From Candidatus Woesearchaeota archaeon (GTDB lineage: Archaea > Nanobdellota > Nanobdellia > Woesearchaeales > ARS49): a DNA stretch of 64,000 bases. The notes under the pieces were generated by a model. That model was not told where the DNA came from. It did not search any database and was given only the letters and a program-made list of their open reading frames with translations. This document shows positions 24,409 to 33,519 of this stretch, piece by piece (position 1 is the stretch's first letter; each line of letters begins with the position of its first letter). Location of the stretch: the NCBI GenBank assembly GCA_038868995.1, contig JAWCRZ010000003.1:2109-66108 (forward strand), written 5' to 3'. Position numbers and translations under genes: made by a program.

Positions 24409-25677
24409 ATGCTGGACATTAATTATATCCGCAGGTATCCAGATGTCGTGCGCGAAAACCTGCGGCGCAGGCAGGTTCCTGAATACCTCGTCTATTTGGA
24501 TAGCTTGCTAAAAACAGATGAGCTTTGGCGCAGCTTGAAGCAGAAGGTGGATCAAGCCAGGGCAAGAAGGAACAAGATTTCTCAGGAAATAAACGAAGCG
24601 AAAAAATCAGGCAAGGACGCCTCCAAAATTATCAGGGAAGCCGCTGAAATTCCTAAAATTATCGCGCAGGCAGAGAAGGAGCTTGCTGACTTGCAGGAAA
24701 AGATGAAGACCTTGCTGTATAAAATCCCGAATCTGGTCCATCAAAGCGTGCCGTATGGAAGGGACGATACCGAAAATAAAGTCATTAAAACTGTTGGCAA
24801 AAAACCGTCTTTCAGGTTCACTCCTTTAAGCCATGTTGACTTGATGATGAAAAACAATTGGGTTGACTTGGACCGTGCTGCCAAAATCGCCGGCGCCAGA
24901 TGGTATTTCCTGAAGGGTGATTTGGCAATTCTTGAGCTTGCATTGGTCAAGTATGCCATGGATTTCATGCGCAAGAAAGGTTTTACTCCTGTTATTCCTC
25001 CTTATATGATGTCTCACAATGCTTACAATGGTGTTGTTTCTCTTGATGATTTTGAAAACGTCATGTATAAAATTCAGGGGGAGGACTTGTATGCGATTGC
25101 AACTTCAGAGCATCCGTTGACAGCAATGCATATGGACGAGGTTTTGGAAGAAAGGGACTTGCCTGTCAAACTGGCTGGCTTTTCAACGAATTTCAGGAAG
25201 GAAGCAGGTGCGCACGGCAGGGACCAAAAAGGCATTTTCCGTGTGCATCAATTCAGCAAAGTCGAGCAGATTGTTATTTGCAAGCCGGAGGAATCCTGGC
25301 ATTTCCATGAGGAATTGTTGAATAATGCAGTTGAGTTTTTTGAGAGTTTGGGCTTGCATTTCCGTGTGGTGAATGTCTGCACCGGCGATTTGGGCATTAT
25401 TGCTGCGAAAAAATACGATTTGGAGGCGTGGTATCCTGTGCAGGATGCCTTCCGTGAGGTTGTCAGCTGTTCCAATTGCACGAGTTATCAGGCAGTGCGC
25501 TCTAACATCCGTTTCCAGCACGGCAACGAGCGTCTTTACGTGCACACCTTGAACTCTACCTGTGTTGCAACTACGCGCGCTCTTGTTGCTATTATGGAGA
25601 ACTTTCAAAATGATGATGGTTCTGTTGAAGTGCCGAAGGTGCTGCAAAAGTATGCTGGCTTCAAGATTATGAAATAG
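24409..25677 (+). CDS. serS: seryl-tRNA synthetase
   Basis: 422 aa. It has an N-terminal coiled-coil arm and class II motifs (FRKEAGAHGRDQKGIFRVHQF, motif 3 region TLNSTCVATTRALVAIMEN). Confidence 0.95.
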   Translation: MLDINYIRRYPDVVRENLRRRQVPEYLVYLDSLLKTDELWRSLKQKVDQARARRNKISQEINEAKKSGKDASKIIREAAEIPKIIAQAEKELADLQEKMKTLLYKIPNLVHQSVPYGRDDTENKVIKTVGKKPSFRFTPLSHVDLMMKNNWVDLDRAAKIAGARWYFLKGDLAILELALVKYAMDFMRKKGFTPVIPPYMMSHNAYNGVVSLDDFENVMYKIQGEDLYAIATSEHPLTAMHMDEVLEERDLPVKLAGFSTNFRKEAGAHGRDQKGIFRVHQFSKVEQIVICKPEESWHFHEELLNNAVEFFESLGLHFRVVNVCTGDLGIIAAKKYDLEAWYPVQDAFREVVSCSNCTSYQAVRSNIRFQHGNERLYVHTLNSTCVATTRALVAIMENFQNDDGSVEVPKVLQKYAGFKIMK

Positions 25678-25703
25678 TTTCACAGCGGAAAAAAGAGGCG
25701 GAT

Positions 25704-26006
25704 ATGGCGGAAATTCCCTGGTGGGTTTGGACTGGCGTTGGTTTGTTTGTAGCCATTAGTGCCGCTTTTTCAGGTGGCAAGCTGACTTTGTTTGCCTGGG
25801 TTGGTCTTTTGTTCATTGCCATCGGCATCGGCAAAATCGTCTACTTGTTTGTCGCGAAGGAGAAATCATCTCCAAAAGAGCAGCGAATTGTTCACCCGCC
25901 GCATGTTCAGCCCGTTATGCCGCAGGGCCATTTCTGCCCTAGATGCAGGGTTACAGTCATGCCTACCGACCATTTCTGCCGTTATTGCGGGACACGGTTG
26001 CGGTAG
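25704..26006 (+). CDS. small membrane protein with C-terminal zinc-ribbon
   Basis: 100 aa. It has two hydrophobic helices followed by CPRC...CRYCG. Confidence 0.5.
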   Translation: MAEIPWWVWTGVGLFVAISAAFSGGKLTLFAWVGLLFIAIGIGKIVYLFVAKEKSSPKEQRIVHPPHVQPVMPQGHFCPRCRVTVMPTDHFCRYCGTRLR

Positions 26007-26048
26007 ACCACCGCAAATATTTTATACCCTCGCTTCTGCATTTTTGAT

Positions 26049-27119
26049 ATGGGGTTGCGTGATTTGCCTGCAGGCGAAGGCCTGTTCAAAAATGAGGAGT
26101 CGTTGGATCCTGAGTGGTTGCCTAAGAATTTGCCGTTCAGGGAGGCGCAGCATCATCAGATTGCAAACTGCATAAAGCCGCTCTTGCAGGGGCGCACAGG
26201 AAGAAACTGTATAATCTCCGGTGCTCCTGGAATTGGAAAGACCGCCGCAGTGAAGCTTGTCCTGAAGGAATTGGAAGACAATCCTGACGTAAATGCTCCA
26301 GACATATACGTTTTGTACGTCAATTGCTGGCAGAAAAACACGACTTACAAGATTTTTGTTGATTTTTGCGAGCAATTGGGCTATAAGTTCACCCAGAACA
26401 AGAATACCGAAGACCTTTTCAAGATTATAGAGAACATTGTCAATAAGAAAGCGGCTGTTTTTGCGTTTGACGAGGTTGACAAGGTTGAAGACGTTGATTT
26501 CCTTTATCATATTTACACAGACATCCTTAAGAAAACAATTCTGATGATTACCAATCATCCCTTGTGGTACGCTTCTGTTGACGAGCGCATTCGTTCAAGA
26601 TTGATTCCTGAAAAAATTGTTTTTCAGCAGTATTCAAGGGATGAAATCAGGGGAATTCTCAAGCATCGTATGGATGCTGCATTCTCCGCCAACCGGTGGG
26701 ACGATGCTGCTTTTGAGATGATTGTTGACAAGACCGTTTCAGCAGGCGATGTTCGCATTGGTCTTCACTTGTTGAGGGAAGCAGGTATGGCTGCAGAGGA
26801 TGAGAGTGCGAGGAGAATTACAGTATTTCACGCCGAGCGTGCTCTGTCCAAACTGTCGGAATTTTCAATTAAGCCGGAAGAGGCGTTGTCTGAGGATGCG
26901 CGGGTAATTCTCAAGCTGGTTAAGTCCCAGTCGGGCAGGATTGGCGACCTTTTCAGGGCATACCAGGATCAGGGCGGAACTGGAACGTATAAGACATTCC
27001 AGAGACGGATTGAAACTTTGGAAAAGGGCGGTTTTGTTGAGACAAAGAAGATAGTTGGAGGCAAGGAAGGCACCACCACTTTGGTCAGTGGCAAGAACAA
27101 GTCATTGGATGATTATTGA
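26049..27119 (+). CDS. cdc6: Orc1/Cdc6 replication initiator
   Basis: It has the AAA+ Walker A ISGAPGIGKTAAV, the Walker B FAFDEVD, and a C-terminal winged-helix region. Confidence 0.9.
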   Translation: MGLRDLPAGEGLFKNEESLDPEWLPKNLPFREAQHHQIANCIKPLLQGRTGRNCIISGAPGIGKTAAVKLVLKELEDNPDVNAPDIYVLYVNCWQKNTTYKIFVDFCEQLGYKFTQNKNTEDLFKIIENIVNKKAAVFAFDEVDKVEDVDFLYHIYTDILKKTILMITNHPLWYASVDERIRSRLIPEKIVFQQYSRDEIRGILKHRMDAAFSANRWDDAAFEMIVDKTVSAGDVRIGLHLLREAGMAAEDESARRITVFHAERALSKLSEFSIKPEEALSEDARVILKLVKSQSGRIGDLFRAYQDQGGTGTYKTFQRRIETLEKGGFVETKKIVGGKEGTTTLVSGKNKSLDDY

Positions 27120-27751
27120 TTGAGTTCTTCATCGCGCAGGTCAAGCACTTCTGGCTCTGTAAACTCCAGTATCTCGTGCTTTTTTGGCAGGGCTTCAGCG
27201 GCTGCTGTAATGTCTTTTAGCGTTTCCTCTATTCCTTCGGTCACAAGCTCGATTTTTACAGTCGCGTGTGATTCCAGAAGCGTGTAATCTTTTGTGCCGT
27301 ATTGGTGGACGACAACCCATTCCTCCATTTTTTTTAGCAGTTCTGGAAGCTGTTTGTCAAGTTTTTCTTTTTTTTGGAATTCGTGTACAGCTATGTCGCG
27401 TTTTCCGTTGGTTGTGCAATATCCAATTGCAACCCATTTCCCGTTTTTTTCTGCAGGCACCTTATCTGCAATGCTGGTCAGGCAGTCAAATCTGTTGGAT
27501 CCGCGTTCATGCACTACTGTGCGTCCGTTGTATGTTGCGCGTACTTCTTCTGTGAATAGTTTTTCATATTCTTTTTTGTTAGCGTAAATCTGTCGCGGGT
27601 GGATTATGGCATTGCCGCTTTTCGTTCGCCCCCTGTACTCAAGAATAAAAACTGGTCTTCGCATCGGTCCTTCAATGTTTAAACCTTTCGCTTTGGAAAT
27701 GAGGTCTTTTATTGCTTGGTCTTCAACCACGCGCTTGTATAAGTCCCGCAT
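27113..27751 (-). CDS. hypothetical protein with acidic C-terminal tail
   Basis: 212-aa ORF, convergent with cdc6 and overlapping it by 7 nt. No recognisable motif. Confidence 0.5.
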   Translation of the reverse strand: MRDLYKRVVEDQAIKDLISKAKGLNIEGPMRRPVFILEYRGRTKSGNAIIHPRQIYANKKEYEKLFTEEVRATYNGRTVVHERGSNRFDCLTSIADKVPAEKNGKWVAIGYCTTNGKRDIAVHEFQKKEKLDKQLPELLKKMEEWVVVHQYGTKDYTLLESHATVKIELVTEGIEETLKDITAAAEALPKKHEILEFTEPEVLDLRDEELNQ

Positions 27752-27828
27752 GTGTTCACTTGAGGGTTAAAATAGGTTTGTCGTATTAAAACTTAACCTT
27801 TAAATACTTTCCAGATAGTTGCTGTCAT

Positions 27829-28422
27829 ATGCCAAAAAAGGTGAGTTTGGAAGAGGTTAACAAAAAGCTTGACAGGTTGCTTGCTGTCCAGAAGCGGTTG
27901 ATTGCAAAAGAGGAGCGTATTGCCAGGGCAGAGGAAAAGGTTGAAAGGGAAGAGGAAACAGAGTTGCAGAAGCTTAAGGAGCTTGAGTCGTTTGAGCGCG
28001 AGATTATAAGAGAGGTTGGTGCTCATCCTTTGCGCCAGCTTACATATAAGGATGTTGTGAAGGGTTGTATTGGCGCGTTTATCGGGGTTGCCGCGCATTA
28101 TTCTTTTGTCTATGGTGTTAAGGTTGCTGCAGAGATTGACATTTTGCGCGCAACCCTGCTGTTTCCAATATCATATGCCTTTGGCGGAATTTTTATGTAT
28201 TTGACTGGCTTCAGGCGGATTAAAGACCCGAAAATTATGTCTTTTTTGCCGGTACGGCTTACTGTGTTGTATGTTGTTGCGGTTATTACATCCATTCTTG
28301 TCTTGTGGCTTTTCAATCCTGAATTTTTGCACGAGTTTTGGCCTACTTACAAGCAGGTTGCAACAGTCAGCTTGAGCGCGGTTATTGGCGCTTGCACCGC
28401 TGACTTGATTGGAAAAGAATGA
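27829..28422 (+). CDS. membrane protein: N-terminal coiled coil plus a multi-TM domain paralogous to 34213-34689
   Basis: 197 aa. The TM domain ends ...GACTADLIGKE, compared with ...GAAAADLLGKY in the 34213 gene. It may be DUF2391-like, which is from memory. Confidence 0.5.
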   Translation: MPKKVSLEEVNKKLDRLLAVQKRLIAKEERIARAEEKVEREEETELQKLKELESFEREIIREVGAHPLRQLTYKDVVKGCIGAFIGVAAHYSFVYGVKVAAEIDILRATLLFPISYAFGGIFMYLTGFRRIKDPKIMSFLPVRLTVLYVVAVITSILVLWLFNPEFLHEFWPTYKQVATVSLSAVIGACTADLIGKE

Positions 28423-28820
28423 TAAGCGAAAAGGAATTTCATGCATTGCAGGAAGCAAAGATTGAGCGTGCCAAGCGTTTGCTTAATATTGTCACGCGCA
28501 TTGGTGCTGCTGAAATTGCTGGTGAAAGGGAAGTGCTGGAAAAGGGCATTCATATTCTTGCTGACCATTTGCCGTTGCTGTTAGACAAGATTAAGGCACA
28601 GCAGAAATTGTGCGGAAAGGACAACCAGTGCATTGCGTTGATTGATGAGGAGATTTCTGCATTGTCCGGCCGAAATAAGGAATTGGGGACCAGCTTGATA
28701 GAGCACGTCAGGCAGGCGGAGCGTGGGATTGTGCGTTTGCAGGTGTTTCCAGTAAGCCAGGCGCTTATCCTTATTCTGGGTCGTGAAAAGTCATTGAAGA
28801 AGCTCTATGCCGCTGCATAG
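28419..28820 (+). CDS. hypothetical helical protein
   Basis: 133-aa ORF coupled to the upstream membrane protein by an ATGA overlap. Confidence 0.45.
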   Translation: MISEKEFHALQEAKIERAKRLLNIVTRIGAAEIAGEREVLEKGIHILADHLPLLLDKIKAQQKLCGKDNQCIALIDEEISALSGRNKELGTSLIEHVRQAERGIVRLQVFPVSQALILILGREKSLKKLYAAA

Positions 28821-29111
28821 CACTGGACACTGGACATTTTCCTTCTTGAGCTATTTAAAGCCAACCGGCTGATGTTCTTTCTGAGGTGATACAAATGGAA
28901 AATATCCAGGAAATATTTTTTGAGCAAATAAAGGCATTGACGCGGGAGACCTGCAGGCAGGGATTGAGGCTGAGATAATGGCGGACATCTATGACGACAA
29001 CGCCATCGACTATTTTGAGGACGATGACGACCTTGATTCTGCCGATGCTGCCTTTATGCACGGCTACCTGTCAGCATAAAATTTTTATTTTGTCTCATTT
29101 GAAGCTTTTCT

Positions 29112-29675
29112 ATGCGCATTGTATCAAAGAACGATGTCATTAATAGCAGGCCTGAATTTGTAAAGGAAATACTTGCAGGCGCTGTCTTCATTTACCCAAC
29201 AGACACAATCTATGGTATTGGCTGCGATGCTACAAACGGAGCCTCAGTTAAGAGAATACGTGAATTGAAAAATCGTGATAAGAAGCCGTTCTCTGTTATT
29301 GCTCCTTCAATCGAATGGGTTCGTGAACATTGCATTCTGTCAGATAAGGCAAAAACGTGGTTGCTTAAATTGCCAGGGCCGTATACGCTTGTTTTGAAAA
29401 TGAAAAATCCAACAGTTGTCTCTGCTCAAACAAATATGGGAATGAAGACAATTGGCGTGCGTCTTCCCGACCATTGGATTGCAGAATTTGTTGCAAGTGT
29501 TGGAAAGCCAATCATTACTACCTCAGTTAACAAGGCGGGCAAGCCGCCTGCTGCAATAAAGCAGGAACTCGAAATGTTCGACGTTGACTTCATTATTTAC
29601 GAGGGTGACAAGCAGGGTAAGCCCAGTACCATTGTTGACCTGACTGGTGGCGAAAAAATTATTCAGCGCCAGTGA
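29112..29675 (+). CDS. tsaC: L-threonylcarbamoyladenylate synthase (Sua5/YrdC/TsaC family)
   Basis: It has the YrdC-domain motifs IYPTDTIYGIGCDATN and ITTSVNKAGKPP. Confidence 0.85.
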   Translation: MRIVSKNDVINSRPEFVKEILAGAVFIYPTDTIYGIGCDATNGASVKRIRELKNRDKKPFSVIAPSIEWVREHCILSDKAKTWLLKLPGPYTLVLKMKNPTVVSAQTNMGMKTIGVRLPDHWIAEFVASVGKPIITTSVNKAGKPPAAIKQELEMFDVDFIIYEGDKQGKPSTIVDLTGGEKIIQRQ

Positions 29676-29793
29676 TTTTAAATATCTCTTCTCTGTTTAT
29701 TGCAAGATTTTATGCGTTTTAAAAAGTTGATTCTGGTTTTGGTTGCTGTCTTGGTGTTCGATGGTTGCTGAGGCGTATGTTTGCCGGACTATC

Positions 29794-29830
29794 GAGGCAG
29801 AGCGGCCAGAACCATTAATTTGACAGCACC
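29794..29830. mobile_element. right-arm fragment of family-1 MITE
   Basis: GAGGCAGAGCGGCCAGAACCATTAATTTGACAGCACC aligns with the right arms of the copies at 22407 and 55747. No matching left arm or duplication was found. Confidence 0.6.
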
Positions 29831-29842
29831 GTCCGATAGAAA

Positions 29843-29855
29843 CCTTTTTAAATGG
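29843..29855 (+). promoter_or_regulatory. TATA-like box for aIF5A
   Basis: CCTTTTTAAATGG is centred about 28 nt upstream of the ATG at 29877 and 12 bp after the MITE fragment. Confidence 0.45.
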
Positions 29856-29876
29856 ACTATTTTCTTTCCCTTTTCC

Positions 29877-30278
29877 ATGACGACGAAAGTAGTTGGGGCT
29901 GGAAGCGTTAAGGAGGGCAGTTTTATCGTTATTGACGGGGTTGCCTGCAAGGTTGCAAGCGCTGAAACCTCAAAATCGGGAAAGCACGGTCATGCAAAAG
30001 CACGGATTGTGGCTATCGGCTTGCTTGACAATAAGAAGCGCGAGATAGTGCTTCCGGCACACGACAATGTCGAAGTTCCTATTATTGAGAAGAAGTCAGC
30101 ACAGGTGTTGAGCGTATCTGGCGACATGGCTAATGTTATGGATGATGAGACGTACGAGACATTTGACTTGAAGATTCCTGAAGAGCTTAAGGGTTCTGTC
30201 GTGCCAAACTGCAAGATTCTCTACTGGACAATTCTGGGTGAAAAGGTAATGAAGCAGTTGAAGGGAGGCGCTGAGTAA
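29877..30278 (+). CDS. eif5a: translation initiation factor 5A (aIF5A)
   Basis: The ATG at 29877 gives MTTKVVGAGSVKEGSFIVIDGVACKV...TSKSGKHGHAKARIV, which includes the hypusination loop. The track ORF start (29781, TTG) runs through the MITE fragment. Confidence 0.9.
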   Translation: MTTKVVGAGSVKEGSFIVIDGVACKVASAETSKSGKHGHAKARIVAIGLLDNKKREIVLPAHDNVEVPIIEKKSAQVLSVSGDMANVMDDETYETFDLKIPEELKGSVVPNCKILYWTILGEKVMKQLKGGAE

Positions 30279-30439
30279 TGGTGAAGTTTCCTGAAGCGGA
30301 CGCGCGGATGTTCAAGAACAAGTTTGTCTGCAGGAGATGCAAGGCCGTTATCCGTGCTCCCTCAAGAAAGATTGCTGAGGGCGAAATCAAGTGCCGCGCA
30401 TGCGCTGGAAAGAAATTTAAACCAAAGCGCAAGAAGTAA
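30278..30439 (+). CDS. rpl40e: ribosomal protein L40e (eL40)
   Basis: 53 aa, not in the ORF track: MVKFPEADARMFKNKFVCRRCKAVIRAPSRKIAEGEIKCRACAGKKFKPKRKK. It has a C4 zinc ribbon and a TAATG overlap with aIF5A. Confidence 0.85.
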   Translation: MVKFPEADARMFKNKFVCRRCKAVIRAPSRKIAEGEIKCRACAGKKFKPKRKK

Positions 30440-30444
30440 TTGCC

Positions 30445-31617
30445 ATGAGTGTTGACGGCATTGCAGCAATCATTTTTGTCATTCTGCTTGGCTTGTTTTT
30501 GTGGAAAAAGCGTAATCAGGTTCATCTGCAAAAGGCGCTGTTTCCAATTTTGTATGTTGTGATGTACAAATCGTCTTTTGGCCTGCGCTCTATGGAGCGT
30601 ATTTCAAAAAAATTCCCAAGGATGCTTCGCCTGCTTGCCGACATTGCTGTCATTCTGGGCTTTATAGGTATGGTCTTTATTTGTGCGCAGCTGCTGCTCG
30701 TCACAGTTGAGGTGTTTACAAAGCCAGGTGGCATACCGGGCATTCAGCCGGTGCTGCCTATTGAGGCAAAGGGTGTCTTTTTTGTTCCGTTCCTGTACTG
30801 GATTTTGAGCATTTTCCTGCTTGCATTGTTTCACGAGTTTGCCCATGGTGTTGTCGCACGTGTCTATAATATTCCTGTTAGGAGCAGTGGTTTTGCTTTT
30901 CTCTGTATTGTCCTGCCTGTCATTCCTGCTGCTTTTGTCGAGCCCGATGAGAAGGTAGTGCAGAGGCGTTCTTATCGTCAGCAGCTTGGCGTGTTTGCTG
31001 CCGGTCCTATTGCGAATATGCTTTTTGCCGCAGCAATGATTGGTGTTTTTTTTCTGGTGTCTCCTATTCTGTCATCTGCTTTTGAGCCACAAGGTGTTGA
31101 GGTGGTGAAGATAACTCCCGGCGGTCCTGCTGCCCTGGCAGGAATTAAGGAAGGTGACATTATTACCTATATTGACAATGTTCAGGTATCTTCAGTTGAG
31201 AATATGACTGCAATTCTCAAGCAGGCAGCGCCCGGCGACCATCTGTTGTTTCAAACATCTGCTTCATATGCCGTGACTCTTGGTGAAAACCCTCAGAATG
31301 CTTCTAAGGCTTTTCTTGGGGTGCAGACTCGTACCCATCTTGTTCCTAAAGAAGTTTTTGTTGAGCGCTATGGCGCCTGGCTTCCGTTGTTGCTTAAATG
31401 GGTTGCTGGCCTTATTTTCTGGCTGTTTATGCTGAATGTAGGTATTGGCCTTTTCAATCTGTTGCCAATTGGCCCGCTTGATGGGGGCAGGATGTTCCAA
31501 TTGGTTTGTTTCAAATTGTTTAAGAACAAGTCCACTGCTGTCCGCGTCTGGGCTTTTGTTAGCGTGTTTTTCGTTGCTATTATTCTGGCAAATATGCTTG
31601 TTGGCTTCTTCCGCTAG
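30445..31617 (+). CDS. site-2 protease family (M50) membrane metalloprotease with PDZ domain
   Basis: HEFAHGVVA (HExxH) sits in a TM helix. There is a PDZ-like segment ITPGGPAALAGIKEGDIITYIDN and a LDGG motif near the C-terminus. Confidence 0.85.
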   Translation: MSVDGIAAIIFVILLGLFLWKKRNQVHLQKALFPILYVVMYKSSFGLRSMERISKKFPRMLRLLADIAVILGFIGMVFICAQLLLVTVEVFTKPGGIPGIQPVLPIEAKGVFFVPFLYWILSIFLLALFHEFAHGVVARVYNIPVRSSGFAFLCIVLPVIPAAFVEPDEKVVQRRSYRQQLGVFAAGPIANMLFAAAMIGVFFLVSPILSSAFEPQGVEVVKITPGGPAALAGIKEGDIITYIDNVQVSSVENMTAILKQAAPGDHLLFQTSASYAVTLGENPQNASKAFLGVQTRTHLVPKEVFVERYGAWLPLLLKWVAGLIFWLFMLNVGIGLFNLLPIGPLDGGRMFQLVCFKLFKNKSTAVRVWAFVSVFFVAIILANMLVGFFR

Positions 31618-33077
31618 CCCTTTACATTCCCAATCGGCTTGAACGCGACTATTTTCTTGCTAATGCCTGCCTTATCCATTGTGTCCACTACTTCAGAAAT
31701 TGGTTTGTAGGCAAAGCCAGCTTCTTCCGCAAGGCCTGAATAGCTGGCTGTTCTGACGTAAATGCCTCTTTTCTGCATTTCTTTTTGCAGTTGCTCTCCG
31801 CGCACTTCTTTCCTTGCTTTTGTCCTGCTCATCGTTCTTCCGCTTCCATGTGCAGTGCTGCCGAATGTCTCCTCGAGTGCTTTGTCGGTTCCCAAAAGCA
31901 GGTAGCTTCCTGTTTCCATGCTCCCTCCCACAATCACCGGCTGTCCAATCTTTCTGAATCGCGGTGCAAGCTCTGTTCTGCTTGGCCCGAAGCATCTTGT
32001 TGCGCCTTTTCTGTGTACTACAAGCTTTTTCTCTTTTTTTCCCAGCGTATGCTTTTCAAACTTTGCTACATTGTGTGCAACGTCGTATACAAGATGCATT
32101 TCCATTTCTTCAGGGCTTTTTTGGAATATGTTTTTGAAGCATTCGCGTATTCTGTGCAGTATGACCTGCCTGTTTGCGAATGCGGTGTTTGCAGCGCAGG
32201 CCATTGCATGGTAATAGTTCTGTCCTTCTTTGCTTGAGAATGGCGCGCATGCCAGTTCTGGGTCGCGTACTTTTATTTCATATTTTTTCATTGCTTCTGA
32301 GAATATTTTAAGGTAATCAGTGCCGATTTGGTGTCCAAATCCCCTGCTCCCGCAGTGCACCATGATGCATATTTGGTCTTCACTTGTTATGCCTAGCTTT
32401 TCAGCAACTTTCTTGTCAAATATCTGTCCTGCGTATTGGATTTCAAGATAGTGGTTTCCGCTTCCAAGTGTTCCGAGTTGGTTGATGCCCCTGCTTATTG
32501 CTTTTTCGCTTACTTTGTCCGGTTCTGCGTGGTCTATGCATCCGTAGTCCTCTGTGCGTTCAAGGTCTTCCTCCCATCCGTACCCGTTCTCAATGCACCA
32601 TTTTGAGCCGTTTTTCATCACTTCTCTGAATGTTTGCGGCGTGAGCTTTACAAAGCCCTTGCAGCCGACGCCTGAAGGGACTTGCTGGAAAAGCATATCA
32701 ACCAGTACTTTTAATTTTGGCTCCATTTCTTTGTATGTCAGGTTTGTTGTTACCAGCCGCATGCCGCAGTTTATGTCAAAGCCGATTCCTCCTGGAGAGA
32801 TTACTCCTTCGTCTGGGTCAAATGCAGCCACTCCTCCTATTGGAAACCCGTAGCCCGAATGTGCATCTGGCATGCAAAGTGCATGATTCACAATGCCTGG
32901 CAGGCATGCAACATTGGTCAATTGGTCGTACACTGCCAAATCCATTTCTTTGATGAGTTTTTCAGTTGCGTAGATGCGTGCTGGCACGCGCATTCCTTTT
33001 TTGTACGCCATGGGGATGTCCCAGATGACGTCTCCTTTTCTTTCAAACTCAGGCACTTGAACATTGCGTTGCATCAT
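31614..33077 (-). CDS. rtcB: RNA-splicing ligase RtcB
   Basis: Conserved segments are present: CMPDAHSGYGFPIGGV, GFDINCGMR, GSGNHYLE, HCGSRGFGHQ, AHGSGR. The start at 33077 gives an ATGA overlap with the archease stop. The track ORF begins at 33104. Confidence 0.95.
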   Translation of the reverse strand: MMQRNVQVPEFERKGDVIWDIPMAYKKGMRVPARIYATEKLIKEMDLAVYDQLTNVACLPGIVNHALCMPDAHSGYGFPIGGVAAFDPDEGVISPGGIGFDINCGMRLVTTNLTYKEMEPKLKVLVDMLFQQVPSGVGCKGFVKLTPQTFREVMKNGSKWCIENGYGWEEDLERTEDYGCIDHAEPDKVSEKAISRGINQLGTLGSGNHYLEIQYAGQIFDKKVAEKLGITSEDQICIMVHCGSRGFGHQIGTDYLKIFSEAMKKYEIKVRDPELACAPFSSKEGQNYYHAMACAANTAFANRQVILHRIRECFKNIFQKSPEEMEMHLVYDVAHNVAKFEKHTLGKKEKKLVVHRKGATRCFGPSRTELAPRFRKIGQPVIVGGSMETGSYLLLGTDKALEETFGSTAHGSGRTMSRTKARKEVRGEQLQKEMQKRGIYVRTASYSGLAEEAGFAYKPISEVVDTMDKAGISKKIVAFKPIGNVKG

Positions 33078-33496
33078 ATGTCCAGCACCACCGTTGCCTG
33101 CCAAATGCCTTTTTTCTTTTCAACCATCCAGTAATGCATTGTTACTGCTTTCACGTCTTGGTTGAGCTCTTGCTCATCCGGTTTTATGGTGTCTCCGGTC
33201 AACAATGCAGTAACTTCCATTTTTTTTTCATCAACTTTCACTTCTGCCTTGTTGAAAACAATGGCATCCTTGTCTTTCAAATATATCATCTCCTCCAAAA
33301 AATCAAACAGCAGCTTGCTTGCATCCTTGTTCTTTATTTTAATCTCTTTTACAACAACCGGCTTGATGCTTTTCGGGTTTGCCATGCTTTCAATAACTGC
33401 GTCTGCAGCGCTTTGGAATAATTCGGTTAAATTTTTTCCTGTTGCCCTGAATGCAACATCTGCAATGGCTATGTCTTCGATGAATTTGAATGGCAT
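33074..33496 (-). CDS. archease (RtcB activator)
   Basis: 140 aa. The N-terminus MPFKFIEDIAIADVAFRATGKNLTELF and the C-terminus KAVTMHYW are typical of archease. Confidence 0.85.
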   Translation of the reverse strand: MPFKFIEDIAIADVAFRATGKNLTELFQSAADAVIESMANPKSIKPVVVKEIKIKNKDASKLLFDFLEEMIYLKDKDAIVFNKAEVKVDEKKMEVTALLTGDTIKPDEQELNQDVKAVTMHYWMVEKKKGIWQATVVLDI

Positions 33497-33519
33497 TAAG
33501 AAATTGCATCTTGGCGCAT

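Noticed and set aside
25678-26048. A replication origin (ORB repeats or an AT-rich unwinding element) next to orc1/cdc6. The 27752-27828 spacer was also checked.
   Set aside because: The spacers are very short and I could not find repeated ORB-like boxes or an extended AT-rich tract by eye. An origin may lie elsewhere.
28855-29061. A 68-aa minus-strand ORF in the gap before the Sua5 gene.
   Set aside because: Its composition is odd and hydrophobic, it has no promoter in the standard position, and it is antisense to a more plausible acidic micro-ORF. I left it unannotated.
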